A DNA stretch of 63,563 nt, filler included, from Nitrospinota bacterium (GTDB lineage: Bacteria > JAUXIQ01): assembly GCA_030620925.1 (NCBI GenBank). It is 13 parts of 13 records of this genome, joined end to end, with 100 filler letters (N's around TTAATTAATTAA, not from the genome) between each part and the next. Parts side by side here need not be neighbours in the genome. Positions count along the whole stretch, not along the records: positions 45,530 to 49,130 come from JAUXIQ010000301.1; positions 49,231 to 56,028 come from JAUXIQ010000110.1; positions 56,129 to 60,326 come from JAUXIQ010000244.1; 10 more parts are not named here. One strand, given 5' to 3'. The notes under the pieces were generated by a model. The model was not told the origin of the DNA, searched no databases, and saw only the letters and a list, made by a program, of their open reading frames with translations. Made by a program: the position numbers and the translations under genes. Below, one piece after another: positions 46,830 through 57,364 of this stretch. Positions within the stretch are counted from its first letter, which is position 1; each line of letters starts with the position of its first letter.

Positions 46830-49100
46830 ATGAGCGCATATTCGGCGATAGGGAAGTCTATACCTGGAGTGGACTCCGCTCAGAAAGCGAGGGGAGAAGC
46901 ATCGTACATCTCTGACGTCAGGCTGAGCGGGATGCTGCATGGGAAGATACTCCGTAGCCCTTTCCCCCACGCAAAGATATTGAACATCGACGTGAGCGCA
47001 GCGAAAAAACTCCCAGGCGTCAAGGCGGTGATAACCGCGGCGGACACACCGTGCATACACTTCTGCATAAACCCCGCATGGGCCAACAAGATGCCCCTTC
47101 AGGAGGACAAGGTCCGGTTCATCGGCGACGAGGTGGCGGCGGTGGCCGCCCTCTCAGAAGAGGCGGCACAGGACGCGTTAGAGCTGATAAGAGTCGATTA
47201 CGAAGAACTCCCAGCCCTCTTTGATATAGACGAAGCTCTGGCTCCCGGCGCTTCTCTCATCCACAAAGAGGAGGGGAACATCTCCTTCAGCTTCGCACGC
47301 GAGTTCGGGGACGTGGACAAGGCGTTTGGCGAAGCTCACCTTGTTGTTGAAGACGAATTCGAGACACAGCCCGCAGCCCATTTCTGTATGGAGCCGCGGG
47401 GCTGCGTAGCAAGCTGGGACGGCTCCAAGCTTACCGTGTGGTCAACCACCCAGACCCCGCATCCCATGCGCTACGAGCTGGCCCAGACCCTGGAGGTGCC
47501 GGTCAACCGAATCAAGATCATAGACAAGTTCGTGGGAGGCGGTTTCGGCAGCCGCATGGGCATCGACTCCATCGACATCGTCTCTTCCATACTGGCCATG
47601 AAGACTGGGAGACCGGTACGCATCGTGAACACCAGGGAAGAGGAGCTGGAGACCTCCCGCTGCCGATATCCAATGAAGATAAAACTGAAGACCGGCTGCC
47701 GGAAAGACGGGCGGCTCATCGCCAGGGAGGGGTTCGTCCAAACCGACAACGGAGCCTACAACGGGCATGGTATAGCTATCACCGGCAACGCTTGCGCCAA
47801 GATGGTCCAGCTATATTCCATCCCCAACGTGCGCTACGAAGGCCGGGTGGTCTACACCAATAAGCTGTGGGGCGGAGCTTTCCGGGGCTACGGCGGCCCC
47901 CAGGCGCACTTCGCCATGGAATCGCAGATGGACATGATCGCCGAGGGGCTGGGCATGGACCCCCTGGAGCTGCGCCTGATAAACGCCAACAAGACCGGTC
48001 AGACTTCTGCTGCGGGAAACGTCTTCGTCTCCTGCGGCCTGGGCGAGTGCATAGAGAAAGCCGCCGCCGAGGTCGGTTACCAGAAGCGAGACGAATTGCC
48101 CGCCAACCGGGGTGTGGGCTTCTCCTCAATGATACACGGAGGTGGAGGGGTAAAATATTTCTACGGGCAGAACACCAACTATTCGGATGCCCTCATCAAG
48201 CTCAACAACGGGGGCAAGGCGGACCTGCTAATCGGCTCCACCGATCACGGACAGGGAGCTTACACCATCCTGGCCCAGATAGCCGCCGAAGAGCTGGGGA
48301 TCGAGGCGAAGGAAATCAACGTGGTATCCGGAGATACCGACGCCACACCGCCCTGCCTGGGGTTGTGGGGTTCGCGGCAGACCTTCGTAGCAGGCAACGC
48401 AGTCCGCAACGCCGCCGCAGACGCCAAGTCCGCCCTGTTGGAAGCAGTGGCGGACAGGCTGGAAGCCTCTCCTGAAGAGTTGGAGATCAAGGATGGCTCT
48501 GTGTCGGTGAAGGAACATCCGGAGAACAGGATAACCTTCGAGGACGCGGTGAGATATTCCTACGAGATAAAAGGGCGGCCGCTTGCCGGACGAGGGTATT
48601 ACGACGACCCCAATTCCCAGCCCCCGGACCCCAATACCGGTTACGGGAACACCTGCCCCACCTATACTTTCGCCTGTCACGCGGTGGAGGTGGAAGTGAA
48701 CCCCGAAACGGGGGAAGTCAGGGTGTTGAAACTGGCCGCCGCACACGACGTGGGGCGGGCCATCAACCCCCTCATGGTGGAGGGACAAATAGAGGGTGGT
48801 GCCGCCCAGGGGCTGGGCTTCGGGTTAATGGAAGAGCTGGTATGGGATTACGGCAGGGTGATAACCGGCAGCGCCATCGATTACAAAATTCCCTCCTCTC
48901 AGGACGTGCCCGACATCGTGCCAATCATAGTGGAAAGCATCGATCCGTACGGCCCCTTCGGGGCCAAGGGGGTGGGGGAACCGGGCCTGGTGCCCACCGC
49001 GCCCGCCATAGCCAACGCCGTTTACAACGCCGTGGGGGTGAGAATTAAAAGCCGGCCCATCACGCCGGAAAAAGTCCTCGCCGCCCTGAAATCCAAGTAG
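46830..49100 (+). CDS. Xanthine dehydrogenase-family molybdopterin-binding large subunit
   Basis: LRSPFPHA, VGGGFGSR, AFRGYGGPQ, HGQG, GSRQT, GQIEGG, GAKGVGE (catalytic Glu). Confidence 0.93.
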   Translation: MSAYSAIGKSIPGVDSAQKARGEASYISDVRLSGMLHGKILRSPFPHAKILNIDVSAAKKLPGVKAVITAADTPCIHFCINPAWANKMPLQEDKVRFIGDEVAAVAALSEEAAQDALELIRVDYEELPALFDIDEALAPGASLIHKEEGNISFSFAREFGDVDKAFGEAHLVVEDEFETQPAAHFCMEPRGCVASWDGSKLTVWSTTQTPHPMRYELAQTLEVPVNRIKIIDKFVGGGFGSRMGIDSIDIVSSILAMKTGRPVRIVNTREEELETSRCRYPMKIKLKTGCRKDGRLIAREGFVQTDNGAYNGHGIAITGNACAKMVQLYSIPNVRYEGRVVYTNKLWGGAFRGYGGPQAHFAMESQMDMIAEGLGMDPLELRLINANKTGQTSAAGNVFVSCGLGECIEKAAAEVGYQKRDELPANRGVGFSSMIHGGGGVKYFYGQNTNYSDALIKLNNGGKADLLIGSTDHGQGAYTILAQIAAEELGIEAKEINVVSGDTDATPPCLGLWGSRQTFVAGNAVRNAAADAKSALLEAVADRLEASPEELEIKDGSVSVKEHPENRITFEDAVRYSYEIKGRPLAGRGYYDDPNSQPPDPNTGYGNTCPTYTFACHAVEVEVNPETGEVRVLKLAAAHDVGRAINPLMVEGQIEGGAAQGLGFGLMEELVWDYGRVITGSAIDYKIPSSQDVPDIVPIIVESIDPYGPFGAKGVGEPGLVPTAPAIANAVYNAVGVRIKSRPITPEKVLAALKSK

Positions 49101-49230
49101 GAGCGATCCCGCGTTCCGCGGGACTACAGCNNNNNNNNNNNNNNNNNNNNNNNNNNNNNNNNNNNNNNNNNNNNTTAATTAATTAANNNNNNNNNNNNNN
49201 NNNNNNNNNNNNNNNNNNNNNNNNNNNNNN

Positions 49231-49758
49231 CTCAGGAGGAAGGTCGGCTCGTTTGATGCGCACGTCCCTTATCTCGATGCCGTATTCCCTGGATCTCTCG
49301 TCGGCCCGCTGCGTCAAGTCCCTCATGAGGGCCTCCCGCTTCTCGGCCACTATCTCCAACAGATCATGTCGGCCCAGCTCCACGCGAAGCTCGGAGTAGA
49401 TGATATCGTCCAGGCGGGCCTGAGCGCGCTCCTCAGACCGAACGGATTGGAGAAAGAGGAGGGGGTCCTTTATGAGCCACTTGGCATAGTTATCCACTCT
49501 GAGGGTCTTCTTATCCTTGGTTATAATGTCCGTGGGTGCGGAGTCGTATTCCAGGAGCCGCTTATCGTATCGGGTTACTTTCTGGATGAAGGGAGTCCTC
49601 ACGTAGAGGCCGGGGTCGGTGACCACGCGCACCGGTTTACCTAACTCGGTCACCACCACCTGATCCCGCTCGGTGACGGTGTAAAAAATGGAGCTGAGCA
49701 CTATGATACCTACCAATATCAAAACTATTGTAAGTAAAACTTTCGCTTGGCCTGACAT
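49231..49758 (-). CDS. hflC: FtsH modulator HflC, 3'-partial
   Basis: TM, PGLY, TKDKK.L.VD, DVRIKRADLP; follows hflK. Confidence 0.92.
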
Positions 49759-49788
49759 CTTAAACCCTCCTGATTTCAGGGCGATGGT

Positions 49789-50817
49789 TTAGTTCGTTTT
49801 CTGTAAGGGCATATCCTTCAGCGGCAACAGAGGCAGAGGAACACTCCCTGCGCCGGGTTCGATGATGAATTTTTCTATTTCAGGAAGCACCTCTTCCATC
49901 ATCTCGATGTGAAGACGCTTGCGGGTAACCTCTTTGGCCTTGGAATACTCGGCAAGCATCTTCTTGAACCTATCCGTATCCCCATCGGCCTTCTTTATCT
50001 TCGACTCGCGGTAGGCCTCGGCCTCTCGCAGTATCTTCTCCTTCTTGCCCCTGGTCTCGGGGAGTATGGCGTTCCAATAGCCCTGGGCTTCATTGATGAG
50101 TCGGGATTTATCCTCTTTGGCGCTGGCTACATCCTTGAACGCGTCCCATACCTCTGAAGGGGGATGAACGTCCTGCAGCTGAACGGCCCTCACCTTCAGG
50201 CCCGATTCGTAGAGATCGAGTATCTGCTGTAAAAGCAACTTTATATCTTCCTGTATCTCGTACTTCCTTTCGGTGAGCACGTCGTTGATCGCTCTGCTCC
50301 CCACAACCTCTCTCAGCGCCGCTTCTGATGCGTCCATCATGGTGCCCCTCAAGTCCCTCTGCACAAAACGCGGGTCGCGTATTCTAAACAGAAACTTCTC
50401 GGGGTCCACTATCTGATACTGGACGATCACGTCTATATCCACTATGTTCTCGTCACCGGTGAGCATCAGGGATTCGATGGGAATGGAACGATAGCGGGCG
50501 GGCGGGCCGGGGTCGATGGTGCGGAATCCTACTTCCACCCGCTTTATTTCCGTTATCTTGGGTTTCTCTGCCTTCTCCACGGGCCAGGGTATGTGCCAGT
50601 GAGGCCCGGGATCCTTGATGGTCGTCATCTTGCCGAAGCGCAGCACCACCCCTTTCTCATCAGGGCCCACCAGGTAGATGCCCGTCGCCACCCATATAGC
50701 CACGATGACAATAACTATCCACCATATGGTTGAGCGCTTGATGGTGGGAAAATTGAAACTGGGCATGCGATACTCCGGTTCGTCGCCGTCCCTTTTTCGA
50801 GCTTCTTCCCATTCCAT
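49789..50817 (-). CDS. hflK: FtsH modulator HflK
   Basis: GVVLRFGK, MLTGDENIV, ALREVVG, LQDVHPP..V.DAF.DV. Confidence 0.94.
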   Translation of the reverse strand: MEWEEARKRDGDEPEYRMPSFNFPTIKRSTIWWIVIVIVAIWVATGIYLVGPDEKGVVLRFGKMTTIKDPGPHWHIPWPVEKAEKPKITEIKRVEVGFRTIDPGPPARYRSIPIESLMLTGDENIVDIDVIVQYQIVDPEKFLFRIRDPRFVQRDLRGTMMDASEAALREVVGSRAINDVLTERKYEIQEDIKLLLQQILDLYESGLKVRAVQLQDVHPPSEVWDAFKDVASAKEDKSRLINEAQGYWNAILPETRGKKEKILREAEAYRESKIKKADGDTDRFKKMLAEYSKAKEVTRKRLHIEMMEEVLPEIEKFIIEPGAGSVPLPLLPLKDMPLQKTN

Positions 50818-50984
50818 AAGTTATTACTCCTTATTTTACAAATTAATTTATAGGTTAGTTTCACCTTAAAATAGCAGAACCTATATTAATGTCAAAGGCT
50901 TTTGTGCTTTATAAAGGTAATACCTGACGATTTGGTAATGATTTGTCCTGTAATTTAGCTATTTGGATGATCAAACAAAAGTTT

Positions 50985-51405
50985 AGGGGGAGCGCACCCC
51001 TCTAACCGCGGGACTCAGAATAACACAATGCGGAGTGGCAGGGTCACGGCACGCCGTGCTCCTACAGTCGCCAGAGTTCCCCTCCCTTGACCCCGCCTAC
51101 CGCGGGGCAGGCATGGAGGGGTTGGGGGAGGGTGATTTATATTCACCCCCACCTAACCTCCCTCGTCGAAAGGGGGAGGGAACCAAATAACACATTTTTT
51201 TCATTTTGCAATGCTTCATTTCATTTATTCTTAAACTCTGATTGGTAAATGCTTTCCTGCCCCTACATGTCCCGCGGCAGGCGGGACTCAGAATGACAGA
51301 GATAGCGTTTTCGCTATAGCCAAAAGGGGTAGACCGTATGGTCGCTTAAATAACCTGAATAAGTTTAGTTTTACCAGACATACCCGCCCATTCATGGGTG
51401 GGTAT
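50985..51405. repeat. Intergenic REP mosaic with nested CCCGC-N5-GCGGG units
   Basis: Copies at about 50998-51013, 51091-51107 (inside CCCCTCCCTTGA..TGGAGGG) and 51270-51286 (beside TCAGAATGAC); CCCATTCATGGGTGGG hairpin 51380-51405. Confidence 0.6.
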
Positions 51406-51618
51406 CCAGCTTAATTGAAATCCTCCTGTCACACCACCTGAGCCTGACAAAAAATCTCCTACTTTTTGGCAGGCTCCAAGCCAATGTAATTATTTGTCCT
51501 GTTAACATAAAAGCAACATTTCACAGTACCAGTTCTTTAGGTATTACCTTATATAAATACCCTCCCTTTTTCCCGGCCGTCTCCGGTAAAGAAGGACCCG
51601 CTTACAATTTTCTTTCTA

Positions 51619-53346
51619 TTATTCTATGTCCCCTCCAAGGGAAACGGTGATGGTTCGAGGATTTTTTATGGTAACCGCCCCCGGCTGCGCGCCTTTGGGT
51701 TTGCGGACGTGCTTGCGAAAGGCGTAGTCCACTGTGGCTTTTGATGCCTTCCGGCTTTTGCTGTTGAGCGCCGCCAGCAGCGCCGCCTTCTCGATGACCG
51801 GCCGGGGTATCTCCGCTTTACCCGACGGGTTCCTGATGATGACGTGGGCGCCGGGCTGGCCCCTGACGTGCAGCCACAGGTCGTCACGGCGGGCCACCCT
51901 GGTAGTGAGGTAATCGTTGGCCCTGCTGTTTTTGCCCACCAAAATCTCCCACCCTTCGGGTGTAGTGTGTCTGATTATACCTCCCATTCCCGGGCTTTTC
52001 CCTTTCTTGTCACCTCGGGCTTCCTCTTCCCACAGGAGGCCCATATCTGTCAAGCCAGCCTTCACCGATTCCGGATCGGCCCCCGCCTCCAGGTTTGAAT
52101 CGAGTTTGCCCAGGTCGGCAACCAATTTATCCGTCTCCTTAAGCCGCTTACCGGCCATCTTCCCTTTCTTTTTCAGCTTGGTGTAGCGTTTGAAACATCG
52201 CTGGGCGTTAGCCGAAGCGTCAAGCGAAGGGTTCAGCTCCACCTTCACCTTTTCATCAGGCTCCCCGTAAAGATCGGTCAGGATAACGCTCTCCATGCCT
52301 TTTCTTATAGAGCCGATGTTGACCAGGATGAGGTCGCCCCTGCGTTTGAAAACCTCAGCCTGCTCCGCCTCCTTTATATCCGAGCAGAGCGCCTCTCTGC
52401 GGGAAGAGAGTTTTCTGAGCAGCCGACGGCATAATTGGCTCAGCTCGACTGCCTGCCGCCTGTTACCCTCCGCCTCACTTTTGTGGACATAATAATATTC
52501 CAGGGCCTCGCTGACGGACTCAAAACCCATCGCCTTATGATTCTCGTAGAGGACAAAAGGGAAAGGAGTAACCGCCACGGGCGTCTCCCCTTCCTCATCC
52601 ATGTAAACGGTCGGTGAGAACCTGACCTCTCTGTAGCACTCCATGATCCCCCGCAGCTCTTCCCAGACCTCACCGGTGTTCGGTCCCCCGGGGCGACTGC
52701 TCTTTCCGGCTCGCGCTTCCACTTCCCCGGCCATGAGGGGACTCAGACCGAAAAACCCCTTTAACAGTATTCCCGAAACGTCGTCTCCGGCGTGTTTCAG
52801 GGATAAAATCACCTCTACTTTATCCCTGTCCGCGGTCAAAGGGTCTGCCTTGGCCTGGCCGGGCGGTGGGTCATACCTGGAGCCGGCTTTTATGCTCCTT
52901 CGGCCACCGGCGGAAGGGTTCACCCTGGTGAAGGCGTCGACGATGATACCCTCCTCGTCGATGAAAATAAGGTTCGGGACCCGCGGGATCATTTCCGCCG
53001 CCAGGGTAAAGCGAGAGAGTCGGCCCAGTTCGTCCCTGCGCTGGAAGCGCAGCATAAGGACACGCTCCATCGCCTCTTTTGCCACTCCGTCCAGCACCGC
53101 GCCCGAAAGCCGGTTTTTGAGGAGGGAGCAGAAACGTGCGGAAACGGCGGCCCTGCCCTTTTCGCTTACCAGGTGAATGCGCGGCAGGGAGGGCTCCATA
53201 CAAATGAGCAGATGACAGTTGCCGCTTGAGGTCCGGAAAGAAAAGATAAGCCGGCGCTCACTCTCCTGGAACACGCGCACCAGTCTGCCGCCGGTAAGGC
53301 TCTTCACCAGCTCTTCGCTGACAGCATGTAATAAAAACGCGTCCAT
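51619..53346 (-). CDS. rqcH: NFACT family ribosome quality control protein (RqcH/FbpA)
   Basis: MDAFLLHAV, RIHL, ERVL, NAQRCFKRYTKLK, ILVGKNSRANDYLT, WLHV...GAHV, VRKPKGAQPG.V. Confidence 0.9.
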   Translation of the reverse strand: MDAFLLHAVSEELVKSLTGGRLVRVFQESERRLIFSFRTSSGNCHLLICMEPSLPRIHLVSEKGRAAVSARFCSLLKNRLSGAVLDGVAKEAMERVLMLRFQRRDELGRLSRFTLAAEMIPRVPNLIFIDEEGIIVDAFTRVNPSAGGRRSIKAGSRYDPPPGQAKADPLTADRDKVEVILSLKHAGDDVSGILLKGFFGLSPLMAGEVEARAGKSSRPGGPNTGEVWEELRGIMECYREVRFSPTVYMDEEGETPVAVTPFPFVLYENHKAMGFESVSEALEYYYVHKSEAEGNRRQAVELSQLCRRLLRKLSSRREALCSDIKEAEQAEVFKRRGDLILVNIGSIRKGMESVILTDLYGEPDEKVKVELNPSLDASANAQRCFKRYTKLKKKGKMAGKRLKETDKLVADLGKLDSNLEAGADPESVKAGLTDMGLLWEEEARGDKKGKSPGMGGIIRHTTPEGWEILVGKNSRANDYLTTRVARRDDLWLHVRGQPGAHVIIRNPSGKAEIPRPVIEKAALLAALNSKSRKASKATVDYAFRKHVRKPKGAQPGAVTIKNPRTITVSLGGDIE

Positions 53347-53368
53347 TCAACCCGATACATCATGCATC

Positions 53369-53403
53369 AAAAAAAAGGCCCGCAACTCCGAGGCGGGCCT
53401 TTT
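53369..53403 (-). terminator. Intrinsic terminator after the mutase gene
   Basis: A8-GGCCCGC-loop-GCGGGCC-TTTT. Confidence 0.75.
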
Positions 53404-53414
53404 CAATAGGCGGA

Positions 53415-55070
53415 TTAGAAAGGATACTCGACCATCTCCATGGGATCATAGGGCATATCGTGCGCCATTCGCACCACGCCCGTTATCTCCCCCAGTGTAG
53501 CCCCGGCGTTGATGGCTTCGATCATGGGATAGGTGATGTTGTCACTCGTTTTGGCGGTGACGTCGTGCAGTTTCTCAAGCGCACCCGCTACCTTGTCATT
53601 ATCCCTGCTCTTCTTGTGCTCCGCCAACCGCTGCACATGTTCTTCCACTATTTGCATATCTATCTCGTGCAGATCAATCTCGTGGTCTTTTTCATCTTCC
53701 ACGGTGAACTCGTTCACCCCTACCACCACGCGCTCTTTATTCTCCACCTCGCTCTGATACTTGAAAGCGGAGTTTTCCACCTCGCCGCTGATGTAACCGC
53801 TCCTAATGGCATCGATTATCCCGCCCCTGTCCTCTATAGCGTCGATGACCGACCTTATCTCTTCCTCCATCTTATTGGTCATGGACTCCACATAGTAGGA
53901 ACCGCCCAGGGGGTCCACCACGTTGGCCACCCCCGTCTCATGCGCCAATATATGCTGCGTGTTAAGCGCCAGCGACTGCGCCTGTTCGGTGGGCAGGCAG
54001 ATGGCCTCATCGAAGGAAGCGGTCTGTAATGATTGAGCGCCTCCCATAACTGCGGCCATTGCTTCGTAAGCTACCCGGATGATATTATTCAGCGGCTGCT
54101 GGCGTTCCAGCGAACAGCCCGCGGTGTTCACGTGATACCTGAACTGCATGGACTTGGGGTTCTGCGCATTGAACTCTTCTTTGAGCATGCGCGCCCACAA
54201 GCGTCGGGCGGAACGGAACTTGGCCACCTCCTCGAAGAAATCGACGTGCACGCCGCAGGTGAAGGTCATCTTGGGCGCCAGATCGTCAACGCTGAAACCC
54301 CGCTCCTCGATATTTTTCAGATAGTACCTGGCGGTGGAGATGACGAAACCCATCTCCTGGGCGGCGGTAACTCCGTTCTCCCGTATGTTATACGAGTTTA
54401 TGTTCAGCGGATACCATTTGGGCATCTCTTTAAGCAGGAAAGATATCTTATCCAGACAGATACGGGGGGTATGCGCTTCGTACGCCGCGTCGGTTCCCGG
54501 AGTGAAGGCGCAGTACGCACGACCCAAAAACTCATTAGGGTCGGTTCCCCTTATCTCGGAGATGTCGTAGCCCTGGTTGATAAGGTTCGTCACATAGTAA
54601 GTGGAGGCGAAGGGACCTGTGGAGAGCATGAAGCTTACCTGGTCCAGGGGGAGATCCCGGGTGAGGTCTTCCATATCAACCAGCGAATCCATGGGCGTGC
54701 CCTGAACCCCTACGTCCCCCACCGCCATGGGGTGATCGGAATCCATGGAAGCCTGGGTTGGCGTGTCGAAGATGACGTTGATGGCGCTCTCGCCCTGGTC
54801 CACCAGGAACAAGATACGCTTGTTGGTCTCTGCCGCCGAAGTATAGCCGCAGATTTCCCTTCGGCTCCACATCCTCCCCCGGTACATGTTGGGGTAGATG
54901 CCTCGGGTGTAGGGGTATTCGCCGGGCGAGCCCAGGTCTTTATCCCGGCCCCAGCCCTTCAGGTCTTCCTCGTCGTAGACCTCTTTCTGCTCGAGGCCGG
55001 ACCACGTCTTAAGCCGCCGCAGTTTCTCGAAATACGCTTCTTTAATACCGCTGATCTCTTTGGCCATCAC
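53415..55070 (-). CDS. Adenosylcobalamin-dependent acyl-CoA mutase large subunit (MCM family, divergent specificity residues)
   Basis: PGEYPYTRG..MYRGR.W, FDTPTQ..DSD, EVAKFR..RRLW, GGAQSL.T..FDEA, DPLGGSYYVE; no B12-binding domain. Confidence 0.9.
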   Translation of the reverse strand: MMAKEISGIKEAYFEKLRRLKTWSGLEQKEVYDEEDLKGWGRDKDLGSPGEYPYTRGIYPNMYRGRMWSRREICGYTSAAETNKRILFLVDQGESAINVIFDTPTQASMDSDHPMAVGDVGVQGTPMDSLVDMEDLTRDLPLDQVSFMLSTGPFASTYYVTNLINQGYDISEIRGTDPNEFLGRAYCAFTPGTDAAYEAHTPRICLDKISFLLKEMPKWYPLNINSYNIRENGVTAAQEMGFVISTARYYLKNIEERGFSVDDLAPKMTFTCGVHVDFFEEVAKFRSARRLWARMLKEEFNAQNPKSMQFRYHVNTAGCSLERQQPLNNIIRVAYEAMAAVMGGAQSLQTASFDEAICLPTEQAQSLALNTQHILAHETGVANVVDPLGGSYYVESMTNKMEEEIRSVIDAIEDRGGIIDAIRSGYISGEVENSAFKYQSEVENKERVVVGVNEFTVEDEKDHEIDLHEIDMQIVEEHVQRLAEHKKSRDNDKVAGALEKLHDVTAKTSDNITYPMIEAINAGATLGEITGVVRMAHDMPYDPMEMVEYPF

Positions 55071-55199
55071 TTCTCCCCCTCGAACACGATTTAAAGAATA
55101 ATTCCCACTGCTATACGTCTATGCTACCCCTTCCCTGTCAAAAAGCAAGTTGAATTTAAGTTCAAAATTTACAACCTGAGAGAAACTTATTTAAATTGG

Positions 55200-56028
55200 T
55201 CATCGTTTAGAATTTTCCATTATCTCGCGGACAATGGCGGCGTTCAGGAACGTTGTGCGGAGCGCTTCGTCTTGGAGGTCGTCAGCAGTGGATTGGATGA
55301 TGGAAGCGGCGGCGTTCCACTGTTCTCGTTGGAGTTCGGGCCGCTTCATCTTCTCATATAGTTTAGCCAGGGCGGTGTGGGTTATCCAGAGCTGCTTGGG
55401 ATTTCCAACCTCTTCCAGCTTTGTTAGGGCGTCCCTGAGCTTGTCTTCTGCGGCATCAACTTCGCCTCTCTCGGTTAACACTTGTCCTATAAGTCTTTCT
55501 GCTTTCCCTACATTTTTTTTATGTCTCCATTTTTTGGAGGTCTCTAAACATTCCCGGGCATGTTTTTCGGCTCCATTAAGATCTCCCCTACCCAGCAGGA
55601 TAGAGCTTTTCAAAATCTTTATGCGGGTCGACCACCGGATGCGATCAAGATCATAATTTGGATGAGAGCTCACCTCCTCAAATCGGGTAATATGCTCCCA
55701 CGCTTCACTCACATTCCCCATCTCGTACTCGTTCTCCATGAGGTTGACCTCAGCCTGGCCCTGTATGTGTAAGGCCCCAAAAAGAAGGGCCGGGCTATTC
55801 CTAAGGGAGAGGGCATTTTCCATTGATCGTCTATTAAAGTGAAATGCTTTATCGAGATTGTAAACTTCTGAATACGTCCATCCCATGGAATTGTTACATC
55901 TTCCTGACAAGAGATAGTTTGCACTCTGTTCCAGGATATCGATCCATTGGCCCTGAAATCTTATTGCATCGCTGTATCTTCCGACATCTGTGAGGCTCAT
56001 TCCCCGTGCGAAAGCTGACACACCTGCA
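55200..56028 (-). CDS. C-terminal TPR region of a large signalling protein (cyclase/ATPase-TPR type), 5'-partial
   Basis: Helical repeats ending VGNPKQLWITH..L.D..LR..F. Confidence 0.65.
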
Positions 56029-56128
56029 NNNNNNNNNNNNNNNNNNNNNNNNNNNNNNNNNNNNNNNNNNNNTTAATTAATTAANNNNNNNNNNNNNNNN
56101 NNNNNNNNNNNNNNNNNNNNNNNNNNNN

Positions 56129-57293
56129 ATTGGATCGCTTTCTTGTTCAAAATCAAAGCCTCTGTTTTCTGCTCTCTTAAAGCTTCCTCAAGCGCATCTT
56201 CGAGGGCCCTCGCCGCCCTGTATTGTGTCTCAATGCTTTTGAGCACCTTCATTATTTCTTGCTGCAACTGTTCTCCAATGGTCCCTATCTGTGCATCTAG
56301 CCGAACCATCTTTGGATGCTGCTTGCCATATCGACTGGAAAGCTCGGAATATTCTCCTCGCAACTTGACATATTCCTGCTTCAGTTTCTGAATAAGAAAA
56401 TTCTCCACTACCGCCGGTACAGCCCCGAAAGAATTACTGTTCTCCCTGTCCTTGTTATATAAGCCAATCTGATTATACATCGCTTCCAATGCTATTCGCT
56501 CGGTTTTAGCTTTGGTATATGCCGTATTCAATTCCGCGAGCTTTTGCACCACTATGTTCTGCTTATCTTCAAGCGAAATCAGATTATTTTCTTCTTTGTA
56601 CTTTTGAAGCGCGTATTCGGATTGCCTCAGTTCTCTCTTCAGTTCCACCAGCTTCAAATCCAGCCAATTGACCGCCTTTTTAGTGGCACCATACTTCCTC
56701 TCCATATCCTGCTCTATATAGTGATCAGCCAGTCTATTGACCACCTTGGCTGCTATTCGGGGGTCCTTCGCATAAAAACTCACCCTGGCAACGCCGCTGT
56801 AACCGACAAAACCGACATCCAGCCTTCCGATAAAACCATCCACAGTCCGCTCTATAGGATCATTGTAAGAAACTTTAATCTTTTCTTTATTGCCGGGCCG
56901 CAGCTTATCAACGAGCCGGGAAAATAATTTTCTCACCTCGACGTTCGAACCCTCTTCGGGATTGAATTCCGGATCATTCACGAGCTTCAAATCATTAATG
57001 ACTCGCTTGGCAAGCGTCCGACTGGTTAATATCTCCTGTTGGTTTGAATAATATTGCGCCCTGGTGGTATCGGTTGTTAAAACATCCTGAAACGCCAGAA
57101 CCTTCAACTTTTCTTCGTCCAGGAGTATCCTGGCTTCCGCCATATACATGGGGGTCATCCTGAAAGTGGCTATAGACGTAAGAATAACTACAACCAAAAA
57201 GAACGTTAGAATCGTCCACTTCCTTTTGAAAACGATCCTTAGATAGGTTCTCAGATCAATATTTTCTTCAAACCTGTTATCATTTTCATACAT
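56129..57293 (-). CDS. wzc: Polysaccharide co-polymerase Wzc/GumC, 3'-partial
   Basis: IDLRTYLRIVFKRKW, TPMY.A, TQ/NQ..IL.S, coiled coils, RYGKQHPKM. Confidence 0.88.
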
Positions 57294-57364
57294 TATCCAT
57301 CGCCTTTTATCTAAACCCGGTTCCTTTCGTGTCCGTCACCATGTCTAAAGGCAATACCAGGTGA

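Noticed and set aside
46830-49100. Aerobic CO dehydrogenase or 4-hydroxybenzoyl-CoA reductase
   Set aside because: No AYxCSFR loop, and the FAD subunit lacks the HcrB 4Fe-4S insert.
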